A stretch of DNA of 64,000 nt, from assembly GCA_036172245.1 (NCBI GenBank), contig JAYWIR010000003.1, positions 5,952,001 through 6,016,000 on the forward strand. The letters run 5' to 3'. Below, in pieces: positions 1 to 14,400 of this stretch. The DNA comes from Raillietiella orientalis (lineage: Eukaryota). The notes beneath the pieces were generated by a model. That model was not told the DNA's origin. It searched no databases and worked only from the letters and a program-made list of their open reading frames with translations. How positions within the stretch are numbered: the first letter of the stretch is position 1; every line of letters starts with the position of its first letter. Position numbers and translations under genes: made by a program.

Positions 1-999
1 TTCGGTACTTGTTTGATGCTGCGTGAGGCTTCACCACGCTAAGATGTGCATCGTAACTTCGAGGTAAACCTACGTGATTGCAACCCTTCCCGCGTGACCC
101 AGAAATGACCACAGAATACGCAACAAGCACAGGCAAGCTAGCAAAGTACCAGCAGAATAACATCTACAACTGAATAACTTCCAGACGGATTCTTTAGATT
201 GCATGGGTTCGCCATTAGTGCTGGCTCATGCCTGAACTGATGCTATCTGAAACTCCGGAAGAGTAACAGGAAGAGTTTCTGTCAGAGGAGGGGAAAGCGG
301 CCCTGGGATAAGATGCGTTCTGAAAACGAAAAGTGACTTCCAGCCTAGTTCTAAGAAAGAAAAAAGAGATTGCTACCAGCTTAGTAATTGAATTTTCGAA
401 CCAAAAATGCTCGATTAAGGAATTAATCAAATGCGACTAATAAGGACCAATAAGCTGACAACAAAAAAAATGCAATCGAGAAAGAATAAAATTGAGAAAA
501 AAAAACGTGAAGAAGGTAAACCTACGGAAGTTCATCATCTGATTCAAAGAACTGTTAAAAATTCTGCCCATCACGAGCAGTACAGTACACGGTTTAGTAT
601 TTGAAGAATTCAAAGACAGTGCAATCTTTTATATTATAAAAACAATAAAAGCGAACCATGGTTTGCATTTTAGAATAATGCATCTTCATTCTAATGAAGT
701 TTTGAATCTGAACCTTCGTTAGTGGATCAACAATTTGGCATCTAGCATCATTTTTCGACAGAAGCGGAGCAGCATCGAAAACGTCATCTTGCTCGGGAAA
801 TGCCAACCACTGTGGACTTTGCGTCAGCACTCATTTGCAAAAATAATGTGCTACTGCAAAATAAGTGTCATTAATGTAGCACACATATTCCAAAAAATCC
901 TTTTTTGTACTCCTATAGGAAAGAATATTCTTGAAGGTCTCTTAGCCAGGGTGACCGTTTGATTGTCGTTAACAGTTTAGTGAACTCGGCCGAATCTAC

Positions 1000-2500
1000 T
1001 GTGTATGAGCAATCAGCAGAGGGTGTTTTTTTTTTTTTGGACCTTCCTTTCGTCAAAGTGCAACTCCCATGATCAGCCATAAGGTTGAATCATTCGAGCA
1101 TTTCGGTTTTAGCGAAGGAATACAATAAGTCAGAAGCTAGCAGAACTTTCCGTGAGAATTCAATAAACGAAGGGGTGCTGGGGACTTGCTTCCACTCTAG
1201 TTTGCGAGGAAAATTCTCATTGGTCATGTGCACTTTAAGAGCTAATCCGCACAATCTGAAGTGGACTAGTCATAACAAGGAGCGGACGTCCATGCAGCAA
1301 GGGCACATCATTTCGCAGTTTCAAAGCCTGGTGAGAGAAACGGTTATTTACCATGTTTAGTCCTTAATTCTGATAAAGGTGACTTGGTAGAAAGAATGTG
1401 TCCCAAAGAATCTGTATATCTGCCGAAAAGGGTCCAAAGTTGTGGGTTAATTCTTCTTCCAAAAGTCACTTTGGATTATTGGAATGCATCACAGTGAGTT
1501 TCTTGGAATTGTAAACATGCATCCGCCAATGTTTGGTTTCTTGCCTCGAAACAGCCGAATTGAGCCGATTTAGCAGATTGGTTTGTTTTCTTTTTTTCTT
1601 TATGAATACACTGAAATAAAAGAAGAAGAAAAACGCCTCACATAATGCGTTAGTGGCGTCCTTGGTTTTCCTATTCATTTGAAGATTTCTCTGAGAGTGT
1701 ACATCCGTGAGCATTTCTGTTCCAGTCTATGGATCAAAGGGTCATCTTTTCTCTAAAGGAGTGGCAACATTGTTTTCTCCTTTTCGAAAAGGCAGCAAAC
1801 GATCCAAGATGTCTGCGGATGGCTACACCAGGAGAGAACACCGAGAGAATTAATAAATTTCATGCGCCGTGAGAAACTGCATTCTGCTTAGTACGTATTT
1901 CCGAAGATTCGGAAACGTTAGAACGTCTACTATACCAACTGCAGGGAGCATGGATGCAGGTCAATTTTATAGAAGTGTATTAGGGAAACGGCAGAGTGGA
2001 AGGATGTTCATGGTGCCTGCTTTCAGCCTGGAGTAAGAGACGAAAGATGTGGATGCTAAAGTAAGAGGACGAATCATATCAGAAGCTCCGATTCGTGATT
2101 GTGTGGAACCACGCTAAAAAAAAAAGGTTTCCGATGAAGAAAGCACGTCAGGCTGAGCGTCGAAGCAATGTGGGTTGAATGGCTATTGTGGTTTCGTTCC
2201 TCTACATCCACCTTTGCCGAAGATGCTTTTCATATCACTGGACGGCAGATGGAGTATTCCAATAAATTCAGTCGCCCTGTTGCTGTCCATTACGAGCACA
2301 CCTTTTCTCGTAAACAAACCGTAAGCGATGCACACGTGTGAACGGGAAGATGGATCTCGTTCATGGTGTGCTTCTTTTGCATGAATTTTACCCTTACACA
2401 CATAATGTGGTGGGTTGCTCGTTCCACTTTTAATTAACGAAGGTACATTTCGAAGTGCGAAATTCCTTGAACGGAACTCCAAGGAAGCAGTGCGACAGCA
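1000..2500 (+). mobile_element. Possible degenerate 3' half of the same element type
   Basis: QGA (1942), AEWKDVHGA (~ADWRFIHRA, 1991), RCG (2046) and DLV (2353) in order. Confidence 0.35.
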
Positions 2501-2818
2501 TTACTTAATTTGTACGCAATAATTATGAGTTGTGTGGATAGCCAAATCTGTCGAATGAATTTGCGAAGCAATTTTTGTGCTGCCCCCCGCAAGTGGAAAG
2601 ATAAAAAAAAAACCTGATCTAAATTGAAGACACTATCGACAGCGTGCCCTTGGTACTAAAAGTTAGTCTTCGATGTATTTGTCGAGAAAGTGGAAAACCT
2701 CCAGCAGGTCAAGTTTCAGGTCAAGTTCATCTGATTTTTTTTTTTTGCCTACATTGCGTAAATCAAAATGGACCGCCCCTCGGCTCTCTCTCTTTGCTGA
2801 GCGTTGTTTCCACGAAAC

Positions 2819-2852
<34 letters not shown>

Positions 2853-4049
2853 GTTTTCCTTCTCGCCTTTTGGGCTCATTATCATTCCTGTTGTTGCTGC
2901 CGTTAATTGCTCATATAGGACGAAGCACGAGGGGCTTCCGGCAGGTTTTATGATCCGAGATTTCGTTTCCAGTGGGTGTCCTTTCGGAAGAAGCCCTGCT
3001 TTTTTTTTTTTTTGTTGTTGTTGTTGTTGTCGTTTTTATTTTAAAAAAGATGCTGCATTCTTGCCTTCACCGGAAGAATTCTATTTTAGGACCGGTGGCG
3101 CTCGTGGAAAAGTGGAGTGATGGATTCCACGCGCAACGTGCCTTGGAATGTGGATGTTGCTGGAATTTCCCCATTATGGAATCAGCTATGCTGTTGCAAT
3201 CGTTGTCTATTCGTGGCAAAGGGAGAAAAAGGAGGATGAGAGCTCGGCCTCTCCGTGACGCCTGTCCTGCTCCATCCGAACCGGTGAGGTGCTTTCCTCA
3301 AATTCTGTCAGGAAAAAAAACAAAAAAGGAAAAGGAAAACAAAAACGGTCGCCGACTGAAGGACCTGGTCCACCCCGGAGACCACTTGGAACTTTTGGGA
3401 TATTTGGACCGCTCGCGGGTGGGAACAAACAGCGCCATAAGCTGATACTTTTTGGTTTCAAACGGACAAAGCCGATTAATGCCAGGAAGGGCGCAAAGTA
3501 CTGGAAATTGATCTCCAGTCAAGTTCGCGTGCTTGTGCTCTATTTGTAATCTAATCAATTCCAGAAAACACAAAAGAGGATCATAGGATTGTGAACAGGC
3601 TCTCTTGTAGGGAGTAGGGGATAGGCGTCAAAGGCTTAAATAAGCATGGCAGACTCCAAAGCGACATCATAACGATTAGTGGGAAATAAAATACGAATAA
3701 ATAAAGGATTCCGAGTCGGCCTGGCTGATGCTTTTGCCATTCGGTTAGTTCTCTTTAGTTTTGGTCATCCTAACACTTCATCACCTGTGTTTCTTGGTTC
3801 TTTCCATCATTCTCAGATGCTGCTGCTTAGACCACAAGGATGATGGAGGAAAAAATCAAAAAAAAGTTTCCAGTGTCAGAAATGATTTGCTTTTTTTTTT
3901 TGTGTGTGTGTGTGTTTTCAAATTCACCCATTTTCGGGAATCAGGGGAGGAAAAAAGAAAACACTTTAAGAAATTCTAAAGTGAAACAGTACATTGCAGA
4001 TGCAAGAGAGAGAGAGAGAAACCGTTTCTGTTTATGGATTTGGTGTTGA

Positions 4050-6600
4050 ACGAATGAAGTAAAAGCAGGCAAAGCGGACGGACAGCCATTTGATGGCTCT
4101 ACAAAAGGTTCTTTTTTTCTTAAAACTGGAAAAGGGGACAGCCATTCTAGATTCTAAACTTAGGCAGGAGCAATTAGCTGAAGAAAAACGCAAGCAGCAC
4201 CAAAGGGAATCAGCTGGCACTTTGAATGAAGCAGCTAGGAATAGCTGAGCACAAATTTCGCTCGTCTTCGAGGAAGTTTCCAAGTTACTCTTTCCATTTG
4301 TTTGGGGAAAAGTGTAGCTCAGGTTCTGAAAGTGCTTGGGGCAGGGTTGCATCATCCCCGTGTCGACCTTCCTCCCTTCTGTGAATTGACCAACCCGAGT
4401 TGACCCACCGAGCGTTTCGCTTGCCATTGAACAATTTCTGTTGTCTGTTTTTAACTCGAGGCAGCGTTCCTCTGTTTTGTCGTTTGAAAACTTTCAAACC
4501 TTAACGGTTCCCAATTTTTCTTCCCCCCCCCCAAAAAAAAAACAAAATTCCTCCATCTGTGTTGACTGCCACCTCTGTGACTCTAAGAATTTTCAGATAC
4601 CTACTTTGAAGCCATAGGTACTTTGTTCTAGACACTTCATGGGTTCTCTTCAAGGAATCGCATCTTCTCGAGATGAGGACTGTACCGTTTACCACGAGTG
4701 TTTGGATGTATTCAAACTTTAGTGCCGTCCAGCTGGGCATTCCTATCTGCTGGATGTGTTTTGATCCTTATCGAGTAATCACTATTTCGAACGGCCCATT
4801 CAATTTTAATTTCGTCCTTGCTTTGTGAAATTCGTGAAACATGGTTTTACTTTTGTGCTCAGAAGTGCCTCGAAGTGAAGCCTCGGTCGGAAGGCAACCT
4901 CCACATGTGGGTGCTTTTGCTTGCTTGCAAAAACTTCCTGCTTGTGCTGTACGTGTTCTTCGTCAAAATTTCCGCTTCGTGACGTGAAGTAACGTCCGGT
5001 CCTCGAAAGCTGAAATTGTTCCCAGGAAGAGGGAAAAGGCAGAAGAGGTAACCTGCACATACCAAACACTATAAATACAGTTTTCGAAATTGCTCGGTAA
5101 TCATTAGTGCTTAAAATAAAGTCTCAGGGAAAGATTGTTGGGTGACTAAATATATACTCGGGAAAAAAAAAAAAAGAAACATGCAAGAAAGCAAAGGCAT
5201 ACAGAATTATGAAATCAATTCACTGAGGGTCTGGAGTGTGTCCGAGAGCTTGAAACACTTGAAAACACTCTTTTGGCTCACGGCGACTCGCCTGGACGAC
5301 CCGTCTCCGTGAAGTCAGGCATGCCAAACAACCAGGAGGAAAATGCCGAGCTGCACTATGCGCAGGGGATGGTATACGTTGCTAGGATAGCATCTGCTGT
5401 ACGCCAACGAAGAGAAATTTACCGACCCTACGAAATACGGCATCTCTGAGTGAATGCTTGGACCCCGGTCAAAGCTTGCAGATAACGTCTGTGAAAATAA
5501 GGCGGTATCCTGGATTTCGAATCAGAAAAGTTGATTAGAGCTGCAACCTTTCTCTTAACACAAATGAATATATATATATTCATTTATATTATTTCAATAT
5601 TGCTATGTAACATGAAAATAATTAAATACATAATTTATTTATTATAATAAAATATTAATTTTGTACCTGATTTCAAATATAATATTTACATTAAATCTTG
5701 AGAGTGAATTAAAATATTCTTTGATTTGTATTAAATCCCAAATGTTTTTTATAACAATTATCTGTTATTAATATATAACATATTATCTTTCAATTAGTTG
5801 AATAAGATACATTCTTAAAATATTTTTAATGTTCATAAAGTAAATTTAAAACTTATTTACCTTAAAAATAAGAAATAGTTTAATAGAATATTTTGTTTAC
5901 ATCAAAAAGGTGAATGATCTATATTTTGCTTGATTTTTTACAAGAATAACTGTGTAAACGAAACGGAAGCTTACTGTAGTTGTAGCGATTTTCGAGTTTG
6001 GTACATCTGCTGACTGACCAGCACGCTCGTTTTCCTCTTATTCGATATTCATGTGGCATCCTAGAAACGCTTAGGTTGCCTGCAGTTTGAATGTTTCAAT
6101 AATAAATGCATAGAGTATTTCTTTCACTTCACTACACATTCATCGCGACATCCATTTTTCAGCAGTGTTGCAATGTTTTATTCGGGGAAGGGACCAAAGT
6201 GAATCTGCGAGTACCACGAATCTGTTTGATTACGGTGCTATCAGCTGATCATCTGTTGACTTTAGATTCGGGCTGAGGCCCTCTTTCCCTTGCAAATGCC
6301 AAGGAGCTGCGTTCTGAAGTCCCCGCAAGCTTTTCTATTAGATGCTGTGCACACACACGTCTTTTTTGGTGCTCCCTCTTGCGAGAACTTTCCAAGTGAA
6401 ATCGATACTCAGCGTTCCTTCCTCGACATCGGAGGCTCCCAACTTTGAAATTATCATCTTTCCAAGGAACCTGAGCAGCAGAAGCTGCAAGAGATTATGG
6501 CCTGCCTCCTGCTTTCTCCGGCAGTCACTCGGTCGTTTCGTTCGTAAGTGCGTCGTCGCGAAAAGACAAAGCGCGGTAGGTCTCGTTGCCACGTCCACTC
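4050..6600 (-). mobile_element. Degenerate NeSL-like retrotransposon, RT to RLE; the RT core runs through the AT-rich island
   Basis: In order: TRPTALC (6580), IISKLG..EEG (6430), W....FGPFP (6200), IKQN.DHSPF (5910-5935), HLGFN (5735), ATLPQAL (4345) and MAVPF (4140). Confidence 0.5.
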
Positions 6601-8454
6601 GAAAAGTACCTCTGGGAGGATGGGGAGGATGGGGGAAGGGGAACGACCACTAATTGCAAAATTTAAAAGTCAAGAATGATCCTCCTTCGATAAGAAAAGG
6701 GAGCCACGAAGCAGTGCAAATTCTGGGAAGGACGCTAAAATAAACAGTACCGAACCCGAAAGAAGGGCAGCTTTCGGAGTCCTACGTTCCTCATTTGCCA
6801 AAGAGTATTTGAAAATAAGTGCTTTCATTAAGGAACAGCTCGGTGCATACAGCAAACGTTCCTTTTCGGAAAACGATTGCGTCGGGTAGCATCGTGGAGT
6901 TTCACGGAACCAAAAACCTTGGACTTTCATACGTTGGACCTTCTTGCTCCCCGCCTCCTCGTGAGCTCAGGACTTTGGAACACTTTTTTTTTTTTTTTTT
7001 TTTTTTTGCCACGTTAGGTTTCGCTCGCCACATGGCGATTTTTTTTTTTTTTTTTTTTTCGGAGGGTGAATAATGGATGGTGAATTTTTAAGGAGCAGTG
7101 CATACTCAAAACTGAAGTAAATATTTGATATGGGATTCCTCAGTAAGCTGGGCCAGCTCGGCGGATGTATTCTTTTGTTTTTCCCTCAAAACTGGCTCCT
7201 TTTTTGCACGCTCAGGGAATGCCGCGATCAAATTTATTCTGGCGAGATGTTTCATTAAAGTTCATGCCAATCGGAAGAAAACAGGCTGAGGGGGAAAAAA
7301 AATCCTACCGCTGCATTCTCAGCAACAAAAGAGATGGGAAGCCTGTGAGACACGTGCTCCCCCCCCCCTTTTTTGAGAGAAGGCAGACCGCTTCGTCCAA
7401 GACTATACAAGCACTAGGTGGACGGAAAGGAAAAAACAACAGCAGCAACCGGGCCCACAATATTTACCAGGTCGCAGAATGGTCCAAGGCGTGGAGATTC
7501 ACTCGAGATTTTCCGAAACCTTGTCGTGACGATGCAACGCACTTTCGATCGATCTTTGTGCGTCGGCTGCTTCAGCAGGGATTCGGTGTGATGTTGGTGT
7601 GATGAAAGTGCCTTCGCTGTGGGGAACACATCCGGGACGGCGTCACAACAGGCACCGGAACTCCTCCTACGTGACCGATCTGCTCTCTTGGAATCTGCAA
7701 CCGGTTAAACGGATTTCCCCTCCCCCCCCCCCCCCCTTATCCCGCGAGACACTCGACTTCGGGAATTATTCCGCTTTGCTTTGCTTTCCTTGAACGTCTG
7801 TTTGGGATTTTTTCGAAATTCAATCTTTTCCCATGCCAAGAGGACGGGAATGTACGTCTGCATCCCGCCTCATTCACGTACCTCGGGATTCCCTCGTGAA
7901 ACGCGAATCCTCCCTCCCGTCCTGCAGTTGATTTCCTTGCATTCGGAGCATATTTGTTTATAGAGTAATGGGAGAGCGCAAGAAGTGGAGGGGGCTGCCC
8001 GCGCGCGTACCATGGCCGTCGTGCAGAAGAAGATGAGGCGTTTCATCTCGCATGAGCTCATCCGAACGTAAGGATGCAGCGGAGCAAGAGATGGCGTCTG
8101 TAACGCCTGCTGCTCCGGGAGTGTTCGAGAGGTAAGCACCCTTGAGCGAAAGGAAAACACACAAATGGAGCGGAGCAGATGGTCTTTTGCGATAGGGAAA
8201 AGACCGAAACTTGAACCCTCCCCAGCGGCAAAGACCGTCTCATCAGAACCTTCGAAGACGATGGGGGTTGGGGGGGGGGGGGAAGGGAAGAGGAGAATGC
8301 ACGCAAAGCGATGAACAACCGAAGAAGATCATGGCTTTCTCAGCTATGATTTAGGATTCATAAGTATTCCGTTGCTGCTGCTGCTTATTGCAACGCGAGA
8401 TAACTGTCGCGGAGTATTCTCCCCGCAGAAGTGTCTCTCCGACAGGGAGAAGGG

Positions 8455-8457
<3 letters not shown>

Positions 8458-8493
<36 letters not shown>

Positions 8494-8693
8494 CATCATT
8501 TCGTATTTCTGAATAATTCAGAGTGAAAGCTATCAGTTTCGTAAGGCAAACGATTGCATCTTTGCTCGCGAAGAAGGCAGCGGCACCGTGGAGCTGTGCC
8601 TAAACGTTCCGGCATGCGTCTTTCGTCGCACTGCCTCTTTGCTAAATGTTCAGGATTCAAATTTTCAACGGTGTCATTCATCTTCCTTTTTTT

Positions 8694-8723
<30 letters not shown>
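8458..8723. repeat. Microsatellites (AG)n 8458-8490 and (TTC)n 8692-8723
   Basis: Read directly from the sequence. Confidence 0.95.
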
Positions 8724-8724
<1 letters not shown>

Positions 8725-9809
8725 TTCCCCCCCCCCCATCCCGGGGACCAGGAAAGACTCGCCGAGCGTCTAAATTAGGGATGCATTCACACGCGCTTTT
8801 CGTTCTTAGGCTAAACATCCGCATTTCCCGAACCGCTTAATATTTAAAAAGCATTTTGCACAGCATCGTAGCAACAGCATTCAGACTCCCGAAATCTGCC
8901 TGGGAGGACTTATCGATTCTATTCGTGCGGATTCATTCATCATCTGTCAGGAGCAACTGGAATTCGAAGAGGTGCTCGAGCGCTCTCTTGGTAATTTACA
9001 CTTCCGGTTGGTCTGCTGCACCGAATCGGGTGAGCCATGGCCAGGGCCTTCCTTTCTTCTCTCTGCCGCTTTCCTCCTTCGTTCCTTCTCCGAAAACCGT
9101 CACTGCGGTTCCTTTTATTCGTTTATCCATTCGATGGGATCTGTGAGTCGCACGGACAAACAACGCAAGATGAGACCGTGCGTCTCCAGCTTCCCCCCGA
9201 AGCGTCTGCGAACCGGTCCACCCGCTCCTCCCTGTGGTAACCGTGATTTCAGACTGTACTGTACCATTGCGAGGACGTGACTTCCCCTCATCCTCTTTTT
9301 CGCCTCCCGACTAACCATCCCGCCGTCGCAAAACGCAAGACTTTGCGCACGGCACGTTTCGCACACGGTTAGTAAATAACGTAATACAGCAAAATATATA
9401 TATATATATATATAAGAACATCCCTGAAGGTTTGACAGTCACACAGCATCGTTCATTCCGGACAGTTTTATTGATGGCTTCGGATTGCCCTGCAGGATTC
9501 CGTTTCTGACTCTGTGAATTCCTTTGACCAGAAAGAAAGCAAAGCGCGAAATGAATGCATGCCAATAGGGAGAGCTTTGGGAAATCCTTGAGGTTTCGAA
9601 ACCTCAGCTTCAGCATCTGCGGAAACGGAAAGGAGAGCCATTCGGTAATCTGTGTTCCTGGATAAGTGCCAAATTCTTCCGTAAAGTCATTAAATTTCGT
9701 TTATTACTTTTATCTTAATGGATCGCAACCGGCCGTTTCTTTCGAGTAAACAGAACACGGAGAGGCACGCTAAGCCATTCGAATGGGAATTAAATAAAGG
9801 AATGCATTC

Positions 9810-9840
<31 letters not shown>

Positions 9841-9949
9841 ATATTCCGTATCGCGACTCACAAGTGCAAACGAGCGTTCGTCGTCATCGTCTTTTATTAT
9901 TCGTAGTAGTAGTCAGTAAATGACTGCGAGCGTGCGAAGAAGAAGTCGT

Positions 9950-12900
9950 GTCCTCAAGCGAAGCCTCATCCTCCTCCTGCATCAGCACCCCCACCCTTTT
10001 CCGGAGGACGGGGCCAAAGAACAAGGGCGGGATGGAACGGATACACCGTGTGCTAAAATAGCTGGGGACGGCACATCTTCGTGAAACTTGAGATCCGTAC
10101 GGAGATCCGCAAGTGCCGCTTCGTACTCGCGCCCACACGAGCACGCTGTTCGTTGGATGCTGCAAGGAGCAGGGCAGGGCCGTACGCGGGCAGCATGATG
10201 GCCGCAGACGGCGAGACCGCCTCCCTGCCACCATCGTCGGACGCTCTCTGAGAACGAGCAGCGAGCAGGTCTTTCAGGGCCGCTTCCCAAGGGGGTGCAC
10301 AGATAAGCGTGTTGGATGATGAAACTGAATGGCAGTTATACGAGGAGTTATCGTCGCGGTGTGCCAAACAACCCTTCCGGGCGCAGATCCAGGAGGAATC
10401 ACGGCCGGCTAGACGCACACGTGCACGCGCGCGCGCTTTGCGTGTATGTGTGTCCGTCTCCTAGGATGCAGTCGCTTTTTTCACACATGCGCTCTGTGAC
10501 GGGCAAAGGTTCCTCCATGCTGACATCAGCAAGCACTCCTTTGAAGCCTCGCATTCGGTCCGCCGAAAAAAGGGTTCCCAGAAATCCGAGGTCCCCCATT
10601 CTTCGCCACACACTCGGTACGCTCGCAGAATGGAACTGGCTGCCAAGGCTGCAGAACTGTTCACCGGGTGTCCCAGGACGTGTCGAAGAAAGGCTTCCGG
10701 AGGAATCGGAACCGTGCATCCTCCGAAGCTCGATGGCTCCATTCCGAAGGGATCCGAAGACTGCTTCGCCGCACAGGTATTTACGGGATCTGTGCAGACT
10801 GTTGAGGAAATTCCAGAAAGAAACATTCCGCTTCACGGATACGGAAATGCTGCTTGCGCGAGCACGGCAGCGGCCGCGGCGGAGCAGAATGGCATGCCAC
10901 GGGTCCTCGTCCTTCTCTTTGATAGAAGCTCGTCCTGCGGTCAGGAAAAGGTTCACGCTCCGTGCACGGAACGGGAGGATGGAATGACTCTCGGTGTTCG
11001 GAAGAGGAAAGCACATGGTTTTTTTTTTTTTTTCTTTCTCCTCGTGTTCTTCCGCGTGGATATCGTATTACGTGCTTCTCCCACTTTCTTCGCATGCCAG
11101 AGACATTCACGACCGCCTTGCTGCTGCAAGCAGCTTCTTCCGCGAACCATCATCCCCGAGGGAAACGTTCGAAAACGCATCCTCAACCAGCCTTGCGAAG
11201 GTGAACCAATCTGAGATTACGACTCCATCCGGACCGATGCAGAACGTGGTTCTCTCTCTCTCTCTCTCTCTCTCTCTCCCCTCCCCTTGACTGCGGTCCC
11301 AGAGACTCTGCCGCAAAGGTGGCTCGAAAATTCACCTGCAGCCTTTTCTTTTCTCGTTACCGTGCATGCCAGCACACATAGGAGGCTCGGGCTGCCTTCT
11401 TTTCCGTTTCCCTTGGCTAGCCCGAAGTTTCAACAAGAGCACAAGCTTTTCCCTTCCGCTGCTGCAACCCATCAGCCTGCTCCCCTCCTTAAAAGCGCGC
11501 CACCCACCATAAGCGATTTGCTTCCCACCGAGTGGGGGGCCGAGGGGAGGGGGACACAGTGCACACAGTGCATGCACGGGAAAAACGGCAGTTCAGCATT
11601 CTAGCGGCAACGTATTCCCTGGTGGACGACCCCAGACAACCTAGGCGAGAGAGTACACGCGTCTTCGTCCAAAGAGGCTCGCCGCGCAGACGCGGAAGCG
11701 ACTTCTTTAATTACGGTTCCCTTGTGGCTAACTACGCAGCAAATCCATAAGGCGGAGTTACTGCCAGGGCTCGGATCAGCGCTGGGCACGCCTGAATCAA
11801 GCTGTCCATCAGAGTCCCGTTATCGCACGTCGTGTTCCCGAGTCCCACCTGCATCTTTCACTTTTTTAAGTCAGTTCATAAGACATTTCCCCCGCACTGT
11901 CGTGTGATTTATTGCGGCACGCTGCCGTAGCATTTCGGATATGAATCCGCTGTTAAGAGGTTTTCGGATGCAATTCTTTCCGCGGAGTCCCGGCCGAAGA
12001 TATTAAGATGGTAATTCTGTGTCTTTCGGAGCATCTGGTGTCGACCGGGCACGAAACTCTGATTTCAATTGCGACGTCGACGCCGCCCTCCGCGTCTGCC
12101 GGGCGCGGCGCCGCAGACCGTGGTGGTGGTGGTGGCGGCGGTTCCCGTGGACCTAATCGATTGGTAAACAAGCACATTTGCCTGGATTCATTCCAAGGAA
12201 TCACGGACGTCTGTGTTTACAGGGATGCTCCTCTCACTTGTGATCCAGATTTCCTTCTTCTTTTTTGGTCAGCGTCGCCTCGGATGCGACATCCCCCCGA
12301 GTGGATTGCTTCCAGAGGAACACATGACGGTCTTTTCGTGTCAACTGTGCACGTTGCCGTGTTACGGGATCCAAAACCTTCTCTGGATGGGAAACACACA
12401 CACACACACATCAGAGCGGCGCTCTCTCACATTCCATTTTTCATTCTCTCTCTCCTTTTCCCTCTGTACGATGCACGAACAGCGGACTGTTCGCATTCGT
12501 TCTAAATATCACTCCATCAACCCACGGTGCTTACTGTGTTCTTTTTCCCCCATTACCTTGTGAACAGCATCCGGGAACGGATCGATTTTCTGTCTGAGCA
12601 CCATCTATCTAATTTGGCTTCGTTCTCAGCCGTCAAAATTTGCGAAAACATGAAAATTAGCAAACAACGACTTCACGGAAAGCCCTTCGCAGTCTCTCCC
12701 ATGGCATTCAAAAACGAAAGGAGCTTCCGAAGCACCTTGCAGCAGATGAAAGGAAAATCCGTTTTCCTCGATTTTTTAAAACACCGTTCCTGCAGTGTCG
12801 CTTTCGAGGACACTTTACAAGTTGAGGACAAGCACGGCAGCCATCGGCACGAAACGGACGCGAGCGAAGAGGACCTCGGATGCCGACTTCGATGCAGCAT

Positions 12901-14400
12901 GCAAATGAAGGGCATTGCAAAAACAAAAACACACACACACACACAAAAAAAAAAAAAAGTTCCCCCGTGTGGGAAAAATGGGGACCATCTGTAAGGATGA
13001 GTGAAATCCCGGGAACAAGACAAATTGCCAGGAGATTACGGATTTCACGCGTGGAAGTAGAATGAATGGCAATAACTAGAAGCCCCACCAGTGAGCTATT
13101 CAATCGTGTTGACATGAGGGAAATCAGACGAAGGATTAGCGGCTCGCCCCATGGTCACTGATCAGGCTAATGTTGGCAAAGATAAGGTGTGCAACGAGCG
13201 GGGTTAGTCGCCGCACGAGTGGCAGTTGGAGGAAATTTACACCTCTGAGCAGGTTAAGAAGAAATCCAAACCGGAAAGTAGAGGGAATTTCAACGGCCGG
13301 AAAGGAGATTATGAGGCATGTTCCTTAATAAGTGTGTTTACCGTCGAGGATGTCGGGATTTCTGTGCATTCGCGTGGTTCCTTCGAACACGGATGCACGC
13401 TAGTGGGAGGAGGAAAGAGGACTGCCACTCACCGAAGCAAACGCATTTCATGGAAAGGTGGAGTTTATTCAAAGATTCAAAGCACGGAACGAGAGAAGGC
13501 AGCTTATGGGCTGCCTTTGGCTTTCTTTCTCGATTCCATGGCAGCTGGATTAAAAAAAAAAAAAAAAAAAGTCGCCTCGTTACGTCACATTACATTACCT
13601 CAGATAAACGAAAAAAAAGGGGGGCTGGGGTGGGGAAATTCAGGTATCTTTCAAAGAGATCAAACAACCACTTGAGGATGGCTGGAGATCCGAAGGAACT
13701 TTTTGAACAGAGTCTACAGGTGCTCTCTCGGTCTTGCTGCTCGAGTGCGATTGTCTTTCCGGTAGACCCGGAAGGCATGCTCGAGGAACTGATCCAGAGG
13801 TAAAAACGAACCGAAACGGCACGGCAAGCCTCAATCCGTGATCTTTTAAAAAGGAAGGAAAAGAGCCGCACTTGAGATGGGAGGACGGATTTTGCCGACG
13901 ACGGGTGGAAAAGAGTGGGCGGAAAACTCTGAAGCTCGTTCCGATCAACCAACTCGTTCCAGGAAACGCTGCGGTCCTCCACAACATGGGTTCGAGGCAT
14001 CCCAATCAGAATGAAAAAAGATATGGGAGCGAGAGAACGTTCCCCCTTAGTTTTTATGATGCTTTCGATCAGATTTCATTCCAAAATCAACACGTGAGAT
14101 AGGCTGGAACAGGATTTCAAGCAATCCTTGTTTCACTGAAGAAATCTCATTTGCGCGTGCACGACCTGTAATATGTACTTCGCATGTGAAATCCACTTCC
14201 CGCATGAATAAATTAGTTTTGTCGCAATCCAAACACTGTTGGATCAATAGTTTGAGGACCTCAGCATGCAAAGCTGTTCAAAAATCCAAGGAATCTGTGA
14301 CGAGGCACGCCGGTTCCATTTTCAAGTTCGCACCGTCCAAGAGACACAAACGCGTAGGTCCGATCCACCCATCTGACGTGGGCTATCTGTACACCGTTGC
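9950..14400 (+). mobile_element. Degenerate NeSL-like retrotransposon interrupted by microsatellites
   Basis: In order: SAEKRVP (~SxxQKGF, 10560), DGSIP (~FGSIPH, 10735), EQNGMP..LLF (10880-10920), THFMERW.LFK (13440) and INQLVPGN (13945). Confidence 0.5.

Noticed and set aside
5562..5950. Mitochondrial 16S NUMT (TGTTTACATCAAAAA resembles a conserved 16S word)
   Set aside because: Only one short imperfect match; collinear RT motif remnants explain the block better, though a BLAST is still warranted.
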